Of a stretch of 64,000 bases of DNA, positions 31,293-41,532 are shown in pieces. Each line of letters starts with the position of its first letter. Position 1 is the stretch's first letter. The translations under genes and the position numbers were made by a program. This DNA comes from a bacterium (GTDB taxonomy: Bacteria; SAR324; NAC60-12). The stretch lies in the NCBI GenBank assembly GCA_965205865.1, contig CBDBHR010000029.1, positions 320,001 through 384,000 of the forward strand, written 5' to 3'. The notes under the pieces were generated by a model that saw only the letters and a list, made by a program, of their open reading frames with translations, ran no database searches and had not been told where the DNA came from.

Positions 31293-32871
31293 GGTTAATG
31301 CTTTTTCCAGCAACTCTGCCCGAACGTTTTCAATCCCTCTGCGCATAACTTGTCCGAAATGGAAACGATGCTTAAGATGAAACATCAACGACTCTGCAGC
31401 AGATCTTCCATTTCGTGATTCCAAATAGATTTCACTTTCCCATTCTTCAATCGGGGTCATCTTTTTTCCCTTTGCCCCACTAATACTAAAAACCTTAACG
31501 CCTTTGCCCATCCACTTTTCTCTGATCGCCTGATTGGCATATCCATCATCAAGGCTCACTTCAGAGGGAATGGTGATGGTGCATCGCAAATGTTCAACAA
31601 GGGCAGGGTCGAGTTGCCCTGAATCAGCAGCATTGCCCTCCGGAGTAATTAACACGGAAATAAAACCATTTCCGCTCCTTCCTAATTGAGGCTTATATCC
31701 GATAAGCGCTTCTCGATCTCCCTTTTGAATATAAGCCGAGCTCTGATCGGAAAGACTCAATACTTTCTCAGTAGAAGGAACCTTCTTTTCTTCAAAAACT
31801 CTTTGATGACAGTAGATGATTACCCGTTGCAAATTAGAAATATCTTCATTCATCATTTCAATGAGGCGAATCAAACGCGTTTTCCGAGAAGGGGGGAGAA
31901 GAGCTTTTTGGGCACGGATATCCACCTTTGCCATTTCTTTTAAAAATTTCCCATGAGCGCTTTGAGCTTTCTTCAATAGGGTTTTGTAATGTTTTTTTCG
32001 CTTCGTTTTACTGTCCTTTTTACCTGTCTCAAAAGCCATCATCTTAGAGAGCTTATTCATCTCCTTGATGAGGAAATCAAAATTTCTTTCACTGATCTCA
32101 GCGATTCCAAATGTATCAAGGGAACGCCCTCGATGGTAGCTTCGCTCCACGAGACGAGTCAATATCGACGAATCAGTAGGCCAAGCTGTATTTCCTTTTA
32201 CAGAGGTGCTATCCAGTTTTAAAATATCAAAATCGTCCAACTCTTCATCGAGAACCATTCGAATTTGAGCATCGAAAATAAACTGTCTGCTCTCGTTGCT
32301 GACAGCATTGACATTATCAAGGATTGTACTCGCTCCCGGCATTTTCAATCCACGGTTGAGCAGAAGCAGATGCAGTGTGATTGACTCTGAAAGAAATATT
32401 TGGGCCGTTTGGGATTTGATACTTCCTAAGTATCCCCGAATCATCATAAAAAGGTAGACTAAAAAAGCCGACATCCGAGGACACCCTATTTCCAGCCTCA
32501 GTTCTTCCGGCTTCAATTCCTCATCTTCTACGGGAAGATGAGGAAGCCATGGATTCCGGGCTTCCTGCCATCGTTTATCCTCTAAACGCTCTTTCTTTTT
32601 ATTTCTTGCGTATTTCTCCAAATCCTGTTCAATTTTGTCCAATATCTCCGGCTCTCGCTCAGACAATTGATCAAGTTCTGATAAGAAATTTTCAAATTCT
32701 GTATCAGGAGCGCTTAAAATAAGATGTTTTTCTGCTCGAATGAATGGTTTCATTTTGGGTGCCATAATTCTTAATATTGAAGTTATTCACAGTGATTTCA
32801 ATGAATTATGGCACTTTTTAACCTCAAGTTAAAGATATAATTCTAAAAAATACCTTTTCGGCTAGGATCTA

Positions 32872-33448
32872 GCTATTGGTGATGGAGCCATGGGGTTTTG
32901 GGCTGCCATGGATGAAGTATATCCTCAGACACGTCATCAGCGCTGCTGGGTACACAAAACAGCTAATATCCTTAACTCTCTGCCCAAAAGCTCACAGCCT
33001 AAAGCTAAAGAGGCGATACATGAAATCTGGCAGGCAGAGACTAAAATCAATGCGGAGAAAGCCTTTGAACTCTTCATTGAAACCTATCAGGATAAATATC
33101 CAAAGGCCACCCTTTCTCTACAGCAAGATCGTGAAGAGTTACTGGCCTTTTATGATTTCCCTGCTAAACATTGGCAGAGTATACGAACCAGCAACCCGAT
33201 TGAATCCACCTTTGGTACCATAAGGCACAGAACTAAAAGATCAAAGGGCTGTCTCAATCGTGAAGGGATGCTGCACATGATGTTTAAGCTGGGACAATGC
33301 GCAGAAAAGAATTGGAGAAAGTTACGTGGCTTTGATTACCTGGCAAAGGTGATTGAAGGTGTACAATTCTCTGATGGAATCGAGGTGATTCCTGAAATCC
33401 GGATTGCCGCTTGATTTTTAACTCAAACACCACTTTTGACAATAACTC
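32872..33448 (+). mobile_element. 5'-truncated IS256-family element
   Basis: AIGDGAMGFW, QRCWVHK, RTSNPIESTF; right IR cttttgacaataactc ends at 33448. Confidence 0.88.
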
Positions 33449-33628
33449 TTTTAAGATCGTGATTTAATCCTTAATTATTTAAGGATCATTGCACGATTTT
33501 ATAATAAAAAGCCAGCAGTTGTCGCAAATAACAAGTCAATCAAATCAATCAACCGGAGCCATTTTCTTAAAAAGTATTGAATCCACCTTCTTAGAAGGTG
33601 GTTTTAATGGGCCCCTGGAAGGGGCGTC

Positions 33629-33766
33629 TCGTGATCGTACTCGTGCTCGTGAACGAAACAGCATCCTAGAGAATCCTGGATTCCCTGCCGTCTCTTCTAT
33701 GCGAAATCCCCCTCTTAAGGGAATCGGGAACGTTTCCCCCGAGCACGTGCACGAGCACGATTACGA
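33629..33766. repeat. REP-like inverted repeat built from CTCGTG-type hexamers
   Basis: TCGTGATCGTACTCGTGCTCGTGAACG matches the reverse complement of 33740-33766 at 22 of 27 positions. Confidence 0.65.
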
Positions 33767-33898
33767 ACTGTGCACGTTTCTGGCAGAGCCGATTATCTCT
33801 GACCACGCCCAAAGGACGTGGTTTAATCAGATAAAATGAAGAGTTTTACCGGAGGATAACATGCCTGACTGCGACACTCTTCGGCTAATTGAGGGTCG

Positions 33899-34063
33899 AT
33901 GATGCAAGTCCGGATAATTCTTGGTAAAATCAAGAATAGAGAAGTCATTGCGAAAGGGACTTCAGTCAAGGCCAGAAAACGTTTGAACAAGTTTTATTGG
34001 TCGAGCAACCGGATAAAAGTGAAAGGATTTGCTAATTCACACCGCAGCGGCGCCGAGCGATGA
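33899..34063 (+). pseudogene. Truncated small toxin-like hypothetical ORF (54 aa)
   Basis: MMQVRIILGKIKNREVIAKGTSVKARKRLNKFYWSSNRIKVKGFANSHRSGAER* with GAGGG ribosome-binding site; family resemblance is from memory only. Confidence 0.4.
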
Positions 34064-34187
34064 TACAGACTAAGTTGAAACAACAGTCGATGCTGAATGA
34101 CAAAAATGGAAATTGCTGTCCTCTACGCAATGTGTTATTCTTTTGAAAAGACGACAAATTTTACCTCTCCTTCCCATCGAGGACATC

Positions 34188-35090
34188 ATGACTTCTTTAG
34201 AATCCTTCAAAAACTACTCCTCTCAAAAACGGTTGCCTCTCTCTGCCAAGGAGCCGCTCAGGGTGAGTGAGGCCGAGTATTGGAAGGTGTATTACGAACA
34301 CCCAGATGGTTCATATGAATGGAACAATGGCTTCTTGGAGGAAAAACCCATGCCCGATTTTCTAAGCATCTCCCTCTATCGATGGTTCTCGCGCTTATTA
34401 GAAGAATATTTGACCGTCTTTCCCATCGGACAGATCATGATATTGGAAATGGGCTTTCGTTTGGAGTTGGGAAAGAAAAAGGTGAGTATTCGCAAACCGG
34501 ATCTGGCCGTGATTCTCCACTCCAATCCTGTCGAGGCCAAACCGTTGGATCGTTCTTTTAGGGGAGTTTGTGATCTCTGTATTGAGTTTTTATCCGACTC
34601 GACTCCCGCGGAGGTAGAACGGGATACGGTCCACAAAAAAGAAGAATACGCCAAAGCAGGGGTGGCGGAATATTATATTTTAGACCGTTTGCGCAAGCAC
34701 ACCGCGTTCTATTTTCTGAATGAGCAGGGGGTTTATGAAAAGATGAAGCACCAAGAGCCTGGTGTGATTCATTCCCGGGTTTTGGATCGTTTCGCCTTTC
34801 GTCTGGAGGATTTAGAAAAACAGGTGGCCTTTGAAACGTTAATTGAGGATCCTCTCTACCAACCCTTCCTCCTGAAAAGCTTCCAAAAAGAGCGTCAACT
34901 GAAAGAAAAAGAGCGTCAACTGAAAGAAAAAGAGCGTCAACTGAAAGAAAAAGAGCGTCAGCAAAAAGAAAAAGAGCGACAACTGAAAGAAAACGCCTTG
35001 GCAAGAGAAAAAATTGCCTTGGCAAGAGAAGAAAAAGCTCTTGCGGAAGTCGAACGGCTGCGTGCTCTCCTTTCTTTGCGTTCTCGCTAG
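34188..35090 (+). CDS. Uma2 (DUF820) family restriction-endonuclease-like protein with coiled-coil tail
   Basis: YEWNNGFL, RKPDLAV, DLCIEFLS, KKEEYAKAGVAEYYILD. Confidence 0.88.
   Translation: MTSLESFKNYSSQKRLPLSAKEPLRVSEAEYWKVYYEHPDGSYEWNNGFLEEKPMPDFLSISLYRWFSRLLEEYLTVFPIGQIMILEMGFRLELGKKKVSIRKPDLAVILHSNPVEAKPLDRSFRGVCDLCIEFLSDSTPAEVERDTVHKKEEYAKAGVAEYYILDRLRKHTAFYFLNEQGVYEKMKHQEPGVIHSRVLDRFAFRLEDLEKQVAFETLIEDPLYQPFLLKSFQKERQLKEKERQLKEKERQLKEKERQQKEKERQLKENALAREKIALAREEKALAEVERLRALLSLRSR
34886..34992 (+). repeat. 21-bp tandem repeat, about 5 copies (KEKERQL)
   Basis: aaagagcgtcaactgaaagaa units seen directly. Confidence 0.9.
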
Positions 35091-36379
35091 TGAATGATTC
35101 TTTTAGGAGGAGTCTGTTCGAGCGGGTCTTTGCTTTTCCAAGGTTTCTCTGGGGGGTACCGTCTTTCAGGCTGGTTCATCGCTGCCCGGCTACCGGTCGT
35201 GGTGGAACGCCAGGTATAGGCTCTGGTGAGTTCTTCCTCGCTGGAGCGGGGGCTGAGTTCTCCCACCCGCACATAGTTGCCCTCATCAATGGCCTGTCGC
35301 ATTCCACGAAGGAGGCCGGCTTCCATCCCATGCCCTTCAATCCCTCCGATCGATTCAGTCATCAAAGTCAGGCGTTTCAGTAATTTTTCAGAAGCATTTG
35401 CCAGGACCTCAGGGCGTAAGCTGATCGGATGAAGTTCCTGGGTTCGCTGCCAAGGTTTGACACAGGCCATGACCACCATGTGGCGTGAGTGATCGGTTTG
35501 GTTGATCCCTGTTCCATGCAGAGTGTACCCATCCATCAACATGAGGGTCCCTGCTTTGACTTCCAAGTTGATGGGTGGAGGCAGTTTGCCCACTGGTTTT
35601 TGATAGCCGCTTTCATAGATGATCTTCGCGCTTCGAGGGATAACCAGGGTCGAACCATTCAAGTAGCTGACATCTTCCAAATACAATAAGTGGTTGGTCA
35701 GCAGGGGGGCTTCATTGAGTTTGAAAGGGCTGTCTTGATGCAGAGATTGGGGCCGCCCCCCTTTGCGGGCGATGATGCACAAACAAGAGTGGATGATAAA
35801 GTCCTCTCCGACCGTCTCATGGACCAGTTGTTCAATCAAAGGGCCGGCTTGTATAAATGCAGGGTCGTGTTCAATGAAACCTCGAAAGCAGTCACTTTTG
35901 TTCACCAGGCAATCCACAAACTGGGTAATATCTTTATCCCATACCTGGTCCCGGCTGGCATTCAGGAAGTGGGCAATCCCGGCAAGGCGTTCTCCTTCGG
36001 CCTGTTCCACCACGCGGGTACGCATTGTATGCAGCTGTTCTTGACTCAAGGCATCCTCGACCAGGCAATAGCCAAATTCGCGGAAGTCATTTCGCAGTTG
36101 TTTGATCTCCTTGGTCGGAGAAGGGAGGGGGCCATTTTTTTCCCAATACTCTTTAGCGCTTCCCAGGGTGTTGTAGTAAAGCAAGTCGTCATTCAAGTCC
36201 ACCCCATTTTCCCCACCTGACGGACTTGGAGTGAAAACCAAGCCTTGCTTTTCTAAGCTTTGAAAGGGTTCGTTTACCTTGAGCAGATGGGTGAAGAGCT
36301 GCTCGCTTTCCGGGCTATTGGCCTGTACGTTTTCTGGCAAAAACTCTGGAGGGATGGATTGATTTTTACTTGGTTTCAT
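35087..36379 (-). CDS. Phytanoyl-CoA dioxygenase (PhyH) family Fe(II)/2-oxoglutarate oxygenase
   Basis: FGYCLVEDAL, HQD (HxD), NGSTLVIP, distal LHG, SRH. Confidence 0.85.
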   Translation of the reverse strand: MKPSKNQSIPPEFLPENVQANSPESEQLFTHLLKVNEPFQSLEKQGLVFTPSPSGGENGVDLNDDLLYYNTLGSAKEYWEKNGPLPSPTKEIKQLRNDFREFGYCLVEDALSQEQLHTMRTRVVEQAEGERLAGIAHFLNASRDQVWDKDITQFVDCLVNKSDCFRGFIEHDPAFIQAGPLIEQLVHETVGEDFIIHSCLCIIARKGGRPQSLHQDSPFKLNEAPLLTNHLLYLEDVSYLNGSTLVIPRSAKIIYESGYQKPVGKLPPPINLEVKAGTLMLMDGYTLHGTGINQTDHSRHMVVMACVKPWQRTQELHPISLRPEVLANASEKLLKRLTLMTESIGGIEGHGMEAGLLRGMRQAIDEGNYVRVGELSPRSSEEELTRAYTWRSTTTGSRAAMNQPERRYPPEKPWKSKDPLEQTPPKRIIH

Positions 36380-36395
36380 AATCGATTCCTTTTCT

Positions 36396-37325
36396 TTATT
36401 TATTGCGTTTCTTCGATAAACCAAAACGGCCTACTTTGCCACGCAAGCGGGGGTCGAGCAGGTCTCGCATGGCATCCCCGAACATGTTGATGCCAAAGAC
36501 GACAATGGCCAGAGACAATCCTGGCCAGAAGGCAATTCCTATGTTCTGCAACATATATTTCTGACCCTCCAGGCTCAACATGCCGCCCCAGGTGACCCTG
36601 GGAGGCGGGATGCCAAACCCCAGAAAGCTGATGGTGGCCTCGGAGATGATGATACCCCCCAGGGAAACGGTGACGACCACTATCATCGGGGCCGCAATCT
36701 GGGGCAGAATGTGCTGGAGCAGGATGCGCCAGATAGGACAGCCCACTGCCCGGGCGGCCTCCACATACGCATTCTCTTTAGCACTGAGCACCACGCCCCG
36801 CACGGTCCGGATGTTGGCAATTCCCCAAAAGGCACCTAAGACAATGATGGTTTGGGTGACCCCAGGTCCGAGCAGGGACATGACGGTCAGGAGGATAAAC
36901 ATCCCTGGGAAGGAAAGCCAGGCATCGACAACGCGCTGTATGATCATGTCTAATTTTCCGCCAAAATATCCGGACACCAAGCCAAACCCGGTGGATATGA
37001 TTACGAGCATCCCACAGGCAGCCACGCCCACCACCATTGAGACCTGGGCTCCATAGATTATCCGGCTTAGGATATCCCGTCCAAAATGGTCGGTTCCCAG
37101 GATATGCCCGGAAACGGGGCCCTTCAACCGGTTTTTCATGTCAAATTCCTGCAAACCATAGGGGGCTAAAAAGTCCGCGAAGATACCGACCAGAAAAAAA
37201 ATGATGACAATGATCAGTCCAAATGCTCCCAGTTTCTTTTCCCGGAAGAGCCGGGAGAGAAAGGTGAGGAAAGCACCCTTTCTGGCCGGAAGCATGACAG
37301 GCGATGATGTAGTTTTGGTTGTCAT
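36396..37325 (-). CDS. Peptide/nickel ABC permease (DppC-like)
   Basis: LGTDHFGRDILSRIIYG, YVEAARAVG, GDAMRDLLDPR. Confidence 0.92.
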   Translation of the reverse strand: MTTKTTSSPVMLPARKGAFLTFLSRLFREKKLGAFGLIIVIIFFLVGIFADFLAPYGLQEFDMKNRLKGPVSGHILGTDHFGRDILSRIIYGAQVSMVVGVAACGMLVIISTGFGLVSGYFGGKLDMIIQRVVDAWLSFPGMFILLTVMSLLGPGVTQTIIVLGAFWGIANIRTVRGVVLSAKENAYVEAARAVGCPIWRILLQHILPQIAAPMIVVVTVSLGGIIISEATISFLGFGIPPPRVTWGGMLSLEGQKYMLQNIGIAFWPGLSLAIVVFGINMFGDAMRDLLDPRLRGKVGRFGLSKKRNK

Positions 37326-37327
37326 TT

Positions 37328-38278
37328 CTATTTATACTTTATCCGCGGATCAAGCCAAGCGTAGCTGATATCAACGAGCAAATTGACGATCAAGACAAAA
37401 CTGGCGAGAAACACATTGATGCCGGAGACAATGGGATAGTCGCGTTTTAAAATCGCCTCCACCATCAACTTTCCCAGTCCAGGCAACCCAAAGATGTACT
37501 CCACGGCCACCGCGCCTCCAATGACGACCGGGAGCTGCAGACCCACAATGGTGACCACCGGGATCAGCGAATTTTTCAGGACATGCCGGATGACAACAAC
37601 TTTCATCTTCAGCCCCTTGGCCCAGGCCGTACGTACGTAATCCTGGGAGAAGGTTTCGAGTACCATGGTCCGGGTCAGGCGCATGGTCATCCCGTTGAAC
37701 CAAAACCCCAGGATAATAGAGGGGATGAGGACCATGCTCAGGTTTGCTATCGGGTCATCAAAGAAAAAAGTATAAAACACCGGAGGCGACACCCCCCACC
37801 AGACTGCTGGAAAGATCACCACCATGGTTCCCAGCCAGAAATCAGGAACGCAGATGAGGAGGACCGCCAGGCTGCGTAAAAGATTATCTGCAGTCGACTC
37901 GGGCCGAATGCCGGAAATAACACCAACCGGAATGGCGATAATCAATGAGATGAAAATGGCAAGTAAACCAAGTTCCAGAGAGACCGGCAATCCTGTTTTA
38001 ATGCTATCCATTACTGGGACTTTGGTCCAAAGGGAGTTACCCAGGTTCCCCTTCAAGATCCCGGTGATCCACTTGCCATATTGGACATGGATGGGCAAAT
38101 CCAGCCCCAGATAGGCCACCAGTTCCTCACGTACATTTTGACCTTCCGACCACCGATTTGCCATCATCATGTCGATTATACTGCCCGGGATGAATCGCAT
38201 GGTGGCAAAAACGATGAGGGACACCAGGATCAAGGTAGGGATCATCATCAGCAACCGGCGGATAATGTAGGTACTCAA
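37328..38278 (-). CDS. Peptide/nickel ABC permease (DppB-like)
   Basis: YIIRRLL, GNLGNSL, DYVRTAWAKGL, RDYP, LDPRI; TTG start with AGGAG ribosome-binding site. Confidence 0.92.
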   Translation of the reverse strand: MSTYIIRRLLMMIPTLILVSLIVFATMRFIPGSIIDMMMANRWSEGQNVREELVAYLGLDLPIHVQYGKWITGILKGNLGNSLWTKVPVMDSIKTGLPVSLELGLLAIFISLIIAIPVGVISGIRPESTADNLLRSLAVLLICVPDFWLGTMVVIFPAVWWGVSPPVFYTFFFDDPIANLSMVLIPSIILGFWFNGMTMRLTRTMVLETFSQDYVRTAWAKGLKMKVVVIRHVLKNSLIPVVTIVGLQLPVVIGGAVAVEYIFGLPGLGKLMVEAILKRDYPIVSGINVFLASFVLIVNLLVDISYAWLDPRIKYK

Positions 38279-38289
38279 GTTTTACTCCT

Positions 38290-38324
38290 AAAAAAAAGGT
38301 TGGACGGCTCACGTCCAACCTTTT
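38290..38324 (-). terminator. 13-bp perfect hairpin with U-tract between the SBP gene and dppB
   Basis: Minus strand reads AAAAGGTTGGACG-TGAGC-CGTCCAACCTTTTTTTT. Confidence 0.7.
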
Positions 38325-38346
38325 GTTAAACACTTTCTAATAGGGC

Positions 38347-39412
38347 CTAGAATTCATTGGCTTTGCGACCTGTCATCTCCTCCCTCATGCCGGAATCAAG
38401 CCAGACATATTTCTGATTGTGAAGCCATTTGTTATAGAGACCATGTGCCCCATTCGCGCCATGCATCCAAGGCAGTGTGTAGTTCTGCCCCATCTTCATG
38501 ACCAAGGGCATGAACCACATTTCCTCGTATGCCCAATAGGATACCTCCCGCCATTTCTTCAGGTGCTCTTCCGGAGTTTTGGCGTCATACATCGCTTCAA
38601 TTCTTGTGATGAGCTCCTGACCATAGTCACTTTCTTCGAACTCTTTGTTACCCTGTGCGAACCAGGCAAAATCCGAACGGGGGTCCAGGTGGAATTTGTA
38701 TATACAGTCCGAAAAGGCCACCTGGCATCCCGTATCAGAGGTAACCAACCCAGTATAGGAGGGATCCGGCGTACGCGACATGGTCAAAGAATACATTTGA
38801 GCTTCTCCCACATCCCTCACTTCCACATTAATGCCTACTTGGGCCAGGTAGAGGGAGGCAGCTTCTGCGTCTTCGAGAAAAAGTTGACTGGTAATGATAT
38901 TGGTATCAAAGCCATTGGGGTACCCCGCCTCGGCAAGCAACTTCTTGGCCTCATCGGGGTGATAATCGAACATCCTGCGAATGTGGGGAAGATCCCGCTC
39001 CAGGTCCTCCAATGAAATGTGATAGGGAGCCCAGGCAGGAGCCAGGGGAAATGTGGGATACACTGCATCACCCTGGTTTAGCTCATTCTTCATTTCCTCC
39101 TGGTTGATCGCCAGCATGACGGCATGCCGTACCCGCTTATCATTGAAGGGGGGTTTTACAATATTAGCTGCTAACAGCATCGCCCGACGAGGCATATTAT
39201 TGACTGTTGTTCCTTTGGGCATTTGCTCTACAAGCTCCTTCTTATATTGAGGTGCCATACCGGAAACTTGAACGTCTATCTTGCCCGTTCGTAAAGCCGC
39301 GACCTTGGCTGCTTCCTCCAATTCGATAAACTTGATCCCGTCCAGGTACGGCAACTTATTGTTGGGATGTAAAGGATCTTGCTGCCAGTAGTTCGGGTTC
39401 TTTACATAGGTA
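38347..39412 (-). pseudogene. Family 5 ABC substrate-binding protein, 5'-truncated by an IS
   Basis: YVKNPNYW..LPYLDGI, PFNDKRVRHA, AKKLLAEAGYPNG. The N-terminus in the ORF track is read from IS sequence. Confidence 0.87.
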
Positions 39413-41532
39413 GTGCTTGGCCGAAAAATACTCAAATTGCTGATATTAAATGACAATTCTTCAATTTCACAGGATGAAGATTGGTTTGATGCAGTGTTCA
39501 GATGGCCAAAATCAGCAAAAAATGGGATTTTTATGAGTTTCTCCAAAATCTTCGTTTCTTAAAAAGAGGTGAATACCATTAAATATCATGTAAAGTCTTT
39601 CATTAATTATATCAAGATGATAAACTGATACTTGTGACGCGAAGATTTGAAAAAACCCGAGTTTGCGCCACCTCGCATGAAGGGTCAATCGTTGCAGTTA
39701 CAGTATCTTCGGACTGGTTTCTTTCGTTTTTCCGTAAATCTTCAAGATTTGAAATTTTATGCGCACCATAGGTGACCCCCAGATGAAGTTCGGCGAAGTC
39801 GACATTGCCGCCATCGAGTTGGATCTAAAATCCCGTGATGACATCCCCCCTATCCTTAGTGGTTTGCAATACATATACGCCACGCCAGCATTACGCGCAT
39901 CGGTATTCAAGGTTCTGGAACGGGTCATCCCCTCGCGAAGCGGTTCGGGCCTGAGCAACGAAGACAGGCATCGCAAAGCGGACCCCCGTCTTGGTCGTCC
40001 CGGGATGGAGCAGTGGAAGATTCTGGTGCTTGGCGTACTGCGCCTGGGTCTCAACAGCGATTACGACCGCATCCATGAGTTGGCTAACCATCACGACACC
40101 ATCCGGCAGATGCTCGGACATGGTGGGTGGGAGGACAAAACGACGTACAACCGGCAGACGATCAAGGATAACCTGCGTCTTTTCACACCTGAGATTCTCG
40201 ATGAGATCAATCAGTTGGTTGTCAAAGCCGGACATGGGCTGGTAAAAAAAAACGCCCCAAAAGATGGGCCAACCCGAATTCGCACGGAGAAGAAGATTGA
40301 ACTTCATGATTCAACCAAGGCGCTACGTGCACGCTGCGACTCCTTTGTGGTTGAAACCAATGTACATTATCCGACCGACATCAACCTGCTCTTCGACGCC
40401 GTACGCAAGACGGTTGAAGAATGCGCCAGGCTTTCACGGAGTTGTCAGTTGGAGAGCTGGCGACAATATCGGAACAACCTCAGGCAGTTCAAAAAGCAGT
40501 ATCGTCTCATCCAAAAGCTCAGGCCCTCCACTTCGAAAGTTGAGCAAATAAAGCGTGCCCGTGAAGAAAAGAGGCGCAAGGAATATCTCAAATACGTCCT
40601 CATGGCCAAGGGGTATCACCTGCGGGTCCAGACAAGCCTGGAACTTTTGGAAAAACGGGTGCGCTCCTCCTTGAAACTGCTACGCTTACGGGAGTACATG
40701 GGCTCTGCAAAAAAACTCATGAGCCAAATCATCCGCAGGGTGTGCTTCAACGAAACCATCCCTCATCATGAAAAAATCTTTTCCATCTTCGAGCCCCACA
40801 CCGAGTGGATCAGCAAGGGCAAGGCGGGAGTGCCGGTGGAACTCGGACTCAGGGTCAACCTCATTGAGGACCAGCATCAATTCATCCTTCACCATCAGGT
40901 GATGCGCAGGCAGACCGATGAGAAGGTGGCCGTGGAAATCGTCGAAGAAACCAAAAAACGCTTCCCCGAGCTTGCGGTCGTTAGTTGGGACAAGGGCGCT
41001 CACAGCCCACAGAATCAGCGTGAACTCAAAGCACTGCTGGATCTTGTCGTGCTTCCCAAAAAAGGCAAGTTGAGCAAAGCAGACCGGCAGAGAGAAGATT
41101 CCCGGGAATTCAAACTCCTGCGCCGCCAACACTCTGCGGTCGAATCCGCCATCAACGCTCTGGAAGTGCACGGACTCGACCGATGTCCGGATCATGGAAT
41201 CAAGGGGTTCGAACGCTATGTCGCTCTGGCTGTGCTTGCAAAAAACATCCACCGTCTCGGCACCGTCCTGCGTGAACAGCAAAAAGAACGGCAGCGTCGT
41301 AAACGAGGACCCTACAAAAAAGCGGCCTGAACCCAAGAGTGACTCCCCATTCTGAAACAAGAGGGGAGGCCGGGAAGGGGGGGCGAGTGTCCAAAAATAG
41401 GGGGGGTAACAAAAAATTAGGGATCCCAAAGAAAAATAGCTTCAATTCTCTAAAATATGGCTTGTTCAAAAACAGATGTTCTCGCGGATTCTACACCTCT
41501 TATTAGTAAAATTGTATTTTTCTGTCAGGCAC
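39413..41532 (+). mobile_element. ISNCY-family insertion sequence, about 2.1 kb
   Basis: Imperfect IRs gtgcttggccgaaaaatac and gtattttttctgtcaggcac, each flanked by TA. Confidence 0.85.
39759..41330 (+). CDS. ISNCY/IS5-like transposase (intact)
   Basis: KSRDDIP, GRPGM, RCDSFVVETNVHYPTD, WDKG, HSAVESAIN. Confidence 0.9.
   Translation: MRTIGDPQMKFGEVDIAAIELDLKSRDDIPPILSGLQYIYATPALRASVFKVLERVIPSRSGSGLSNEDRHRKADPRLGRPGMEQWKILVLGVLRLGLNSDYDRIHELANHHDTIRQMLGHGGWEDKTTYNRQTIKDNLRLFTPEILDEINQLVVKAGHGLVKKNAPKDGPTRIRTEKKIELHDSTKALRARCDSFVVETNVHYPTDINLLFDAVRKTVEECARLSRSCQLESWRQYRNNLRQFKKQYRLIQKLRPSTSKVEQIKRAREEKRRKEYLKYVLMAKGYHLRVQTSLELLEKRVRSSLKLLRLREYMGSAKKLMSQIIRRVCFNETIPHHEKIFSIFEPHTEWISKGKAGVPVELGLRVNLIEDQHQFILHHQVMRRQTDEKVAVEIVEETKKRFPELAVVSWDKGAHSPQNQRELKALLDLVVLPKKGKLSKADRQREDSREFKLLRRQHSAVESAINALEVHGLDRCPDHGIKGFERYVALAVLAKNIHRLGTVLREQQKERQRRKRGPYKKAA

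Larger units (their letters stand above)
29536..32765 (-). pseudogene. DDE transposase of the outer IS, join(31298..32765, 29536..29597)
   Basis: LDSTSV, DDGY, RSAAESL. The C-terminus TYNFCKMIELKKRQLKQAA* resumes in frame beyond the IS1380. Confidence 0.88.
29336..32869 (-). mobile_element. ISNCY/IS5-like insertion sequence interrupted by an IS1380
   Basis: Inverted repeats agctagaccctagccgaaaagg (29331-29352) and ccttttcggctaggatctagct (32853-32874), one mismatch; TA flanks both ends. Confidence 0.85.

Noticed and set aside
39413-39546. N-terminus of the 399-aa SBP ORF
   Set aside because: It is read from the IS left end; chimeric, with no signal peptide.
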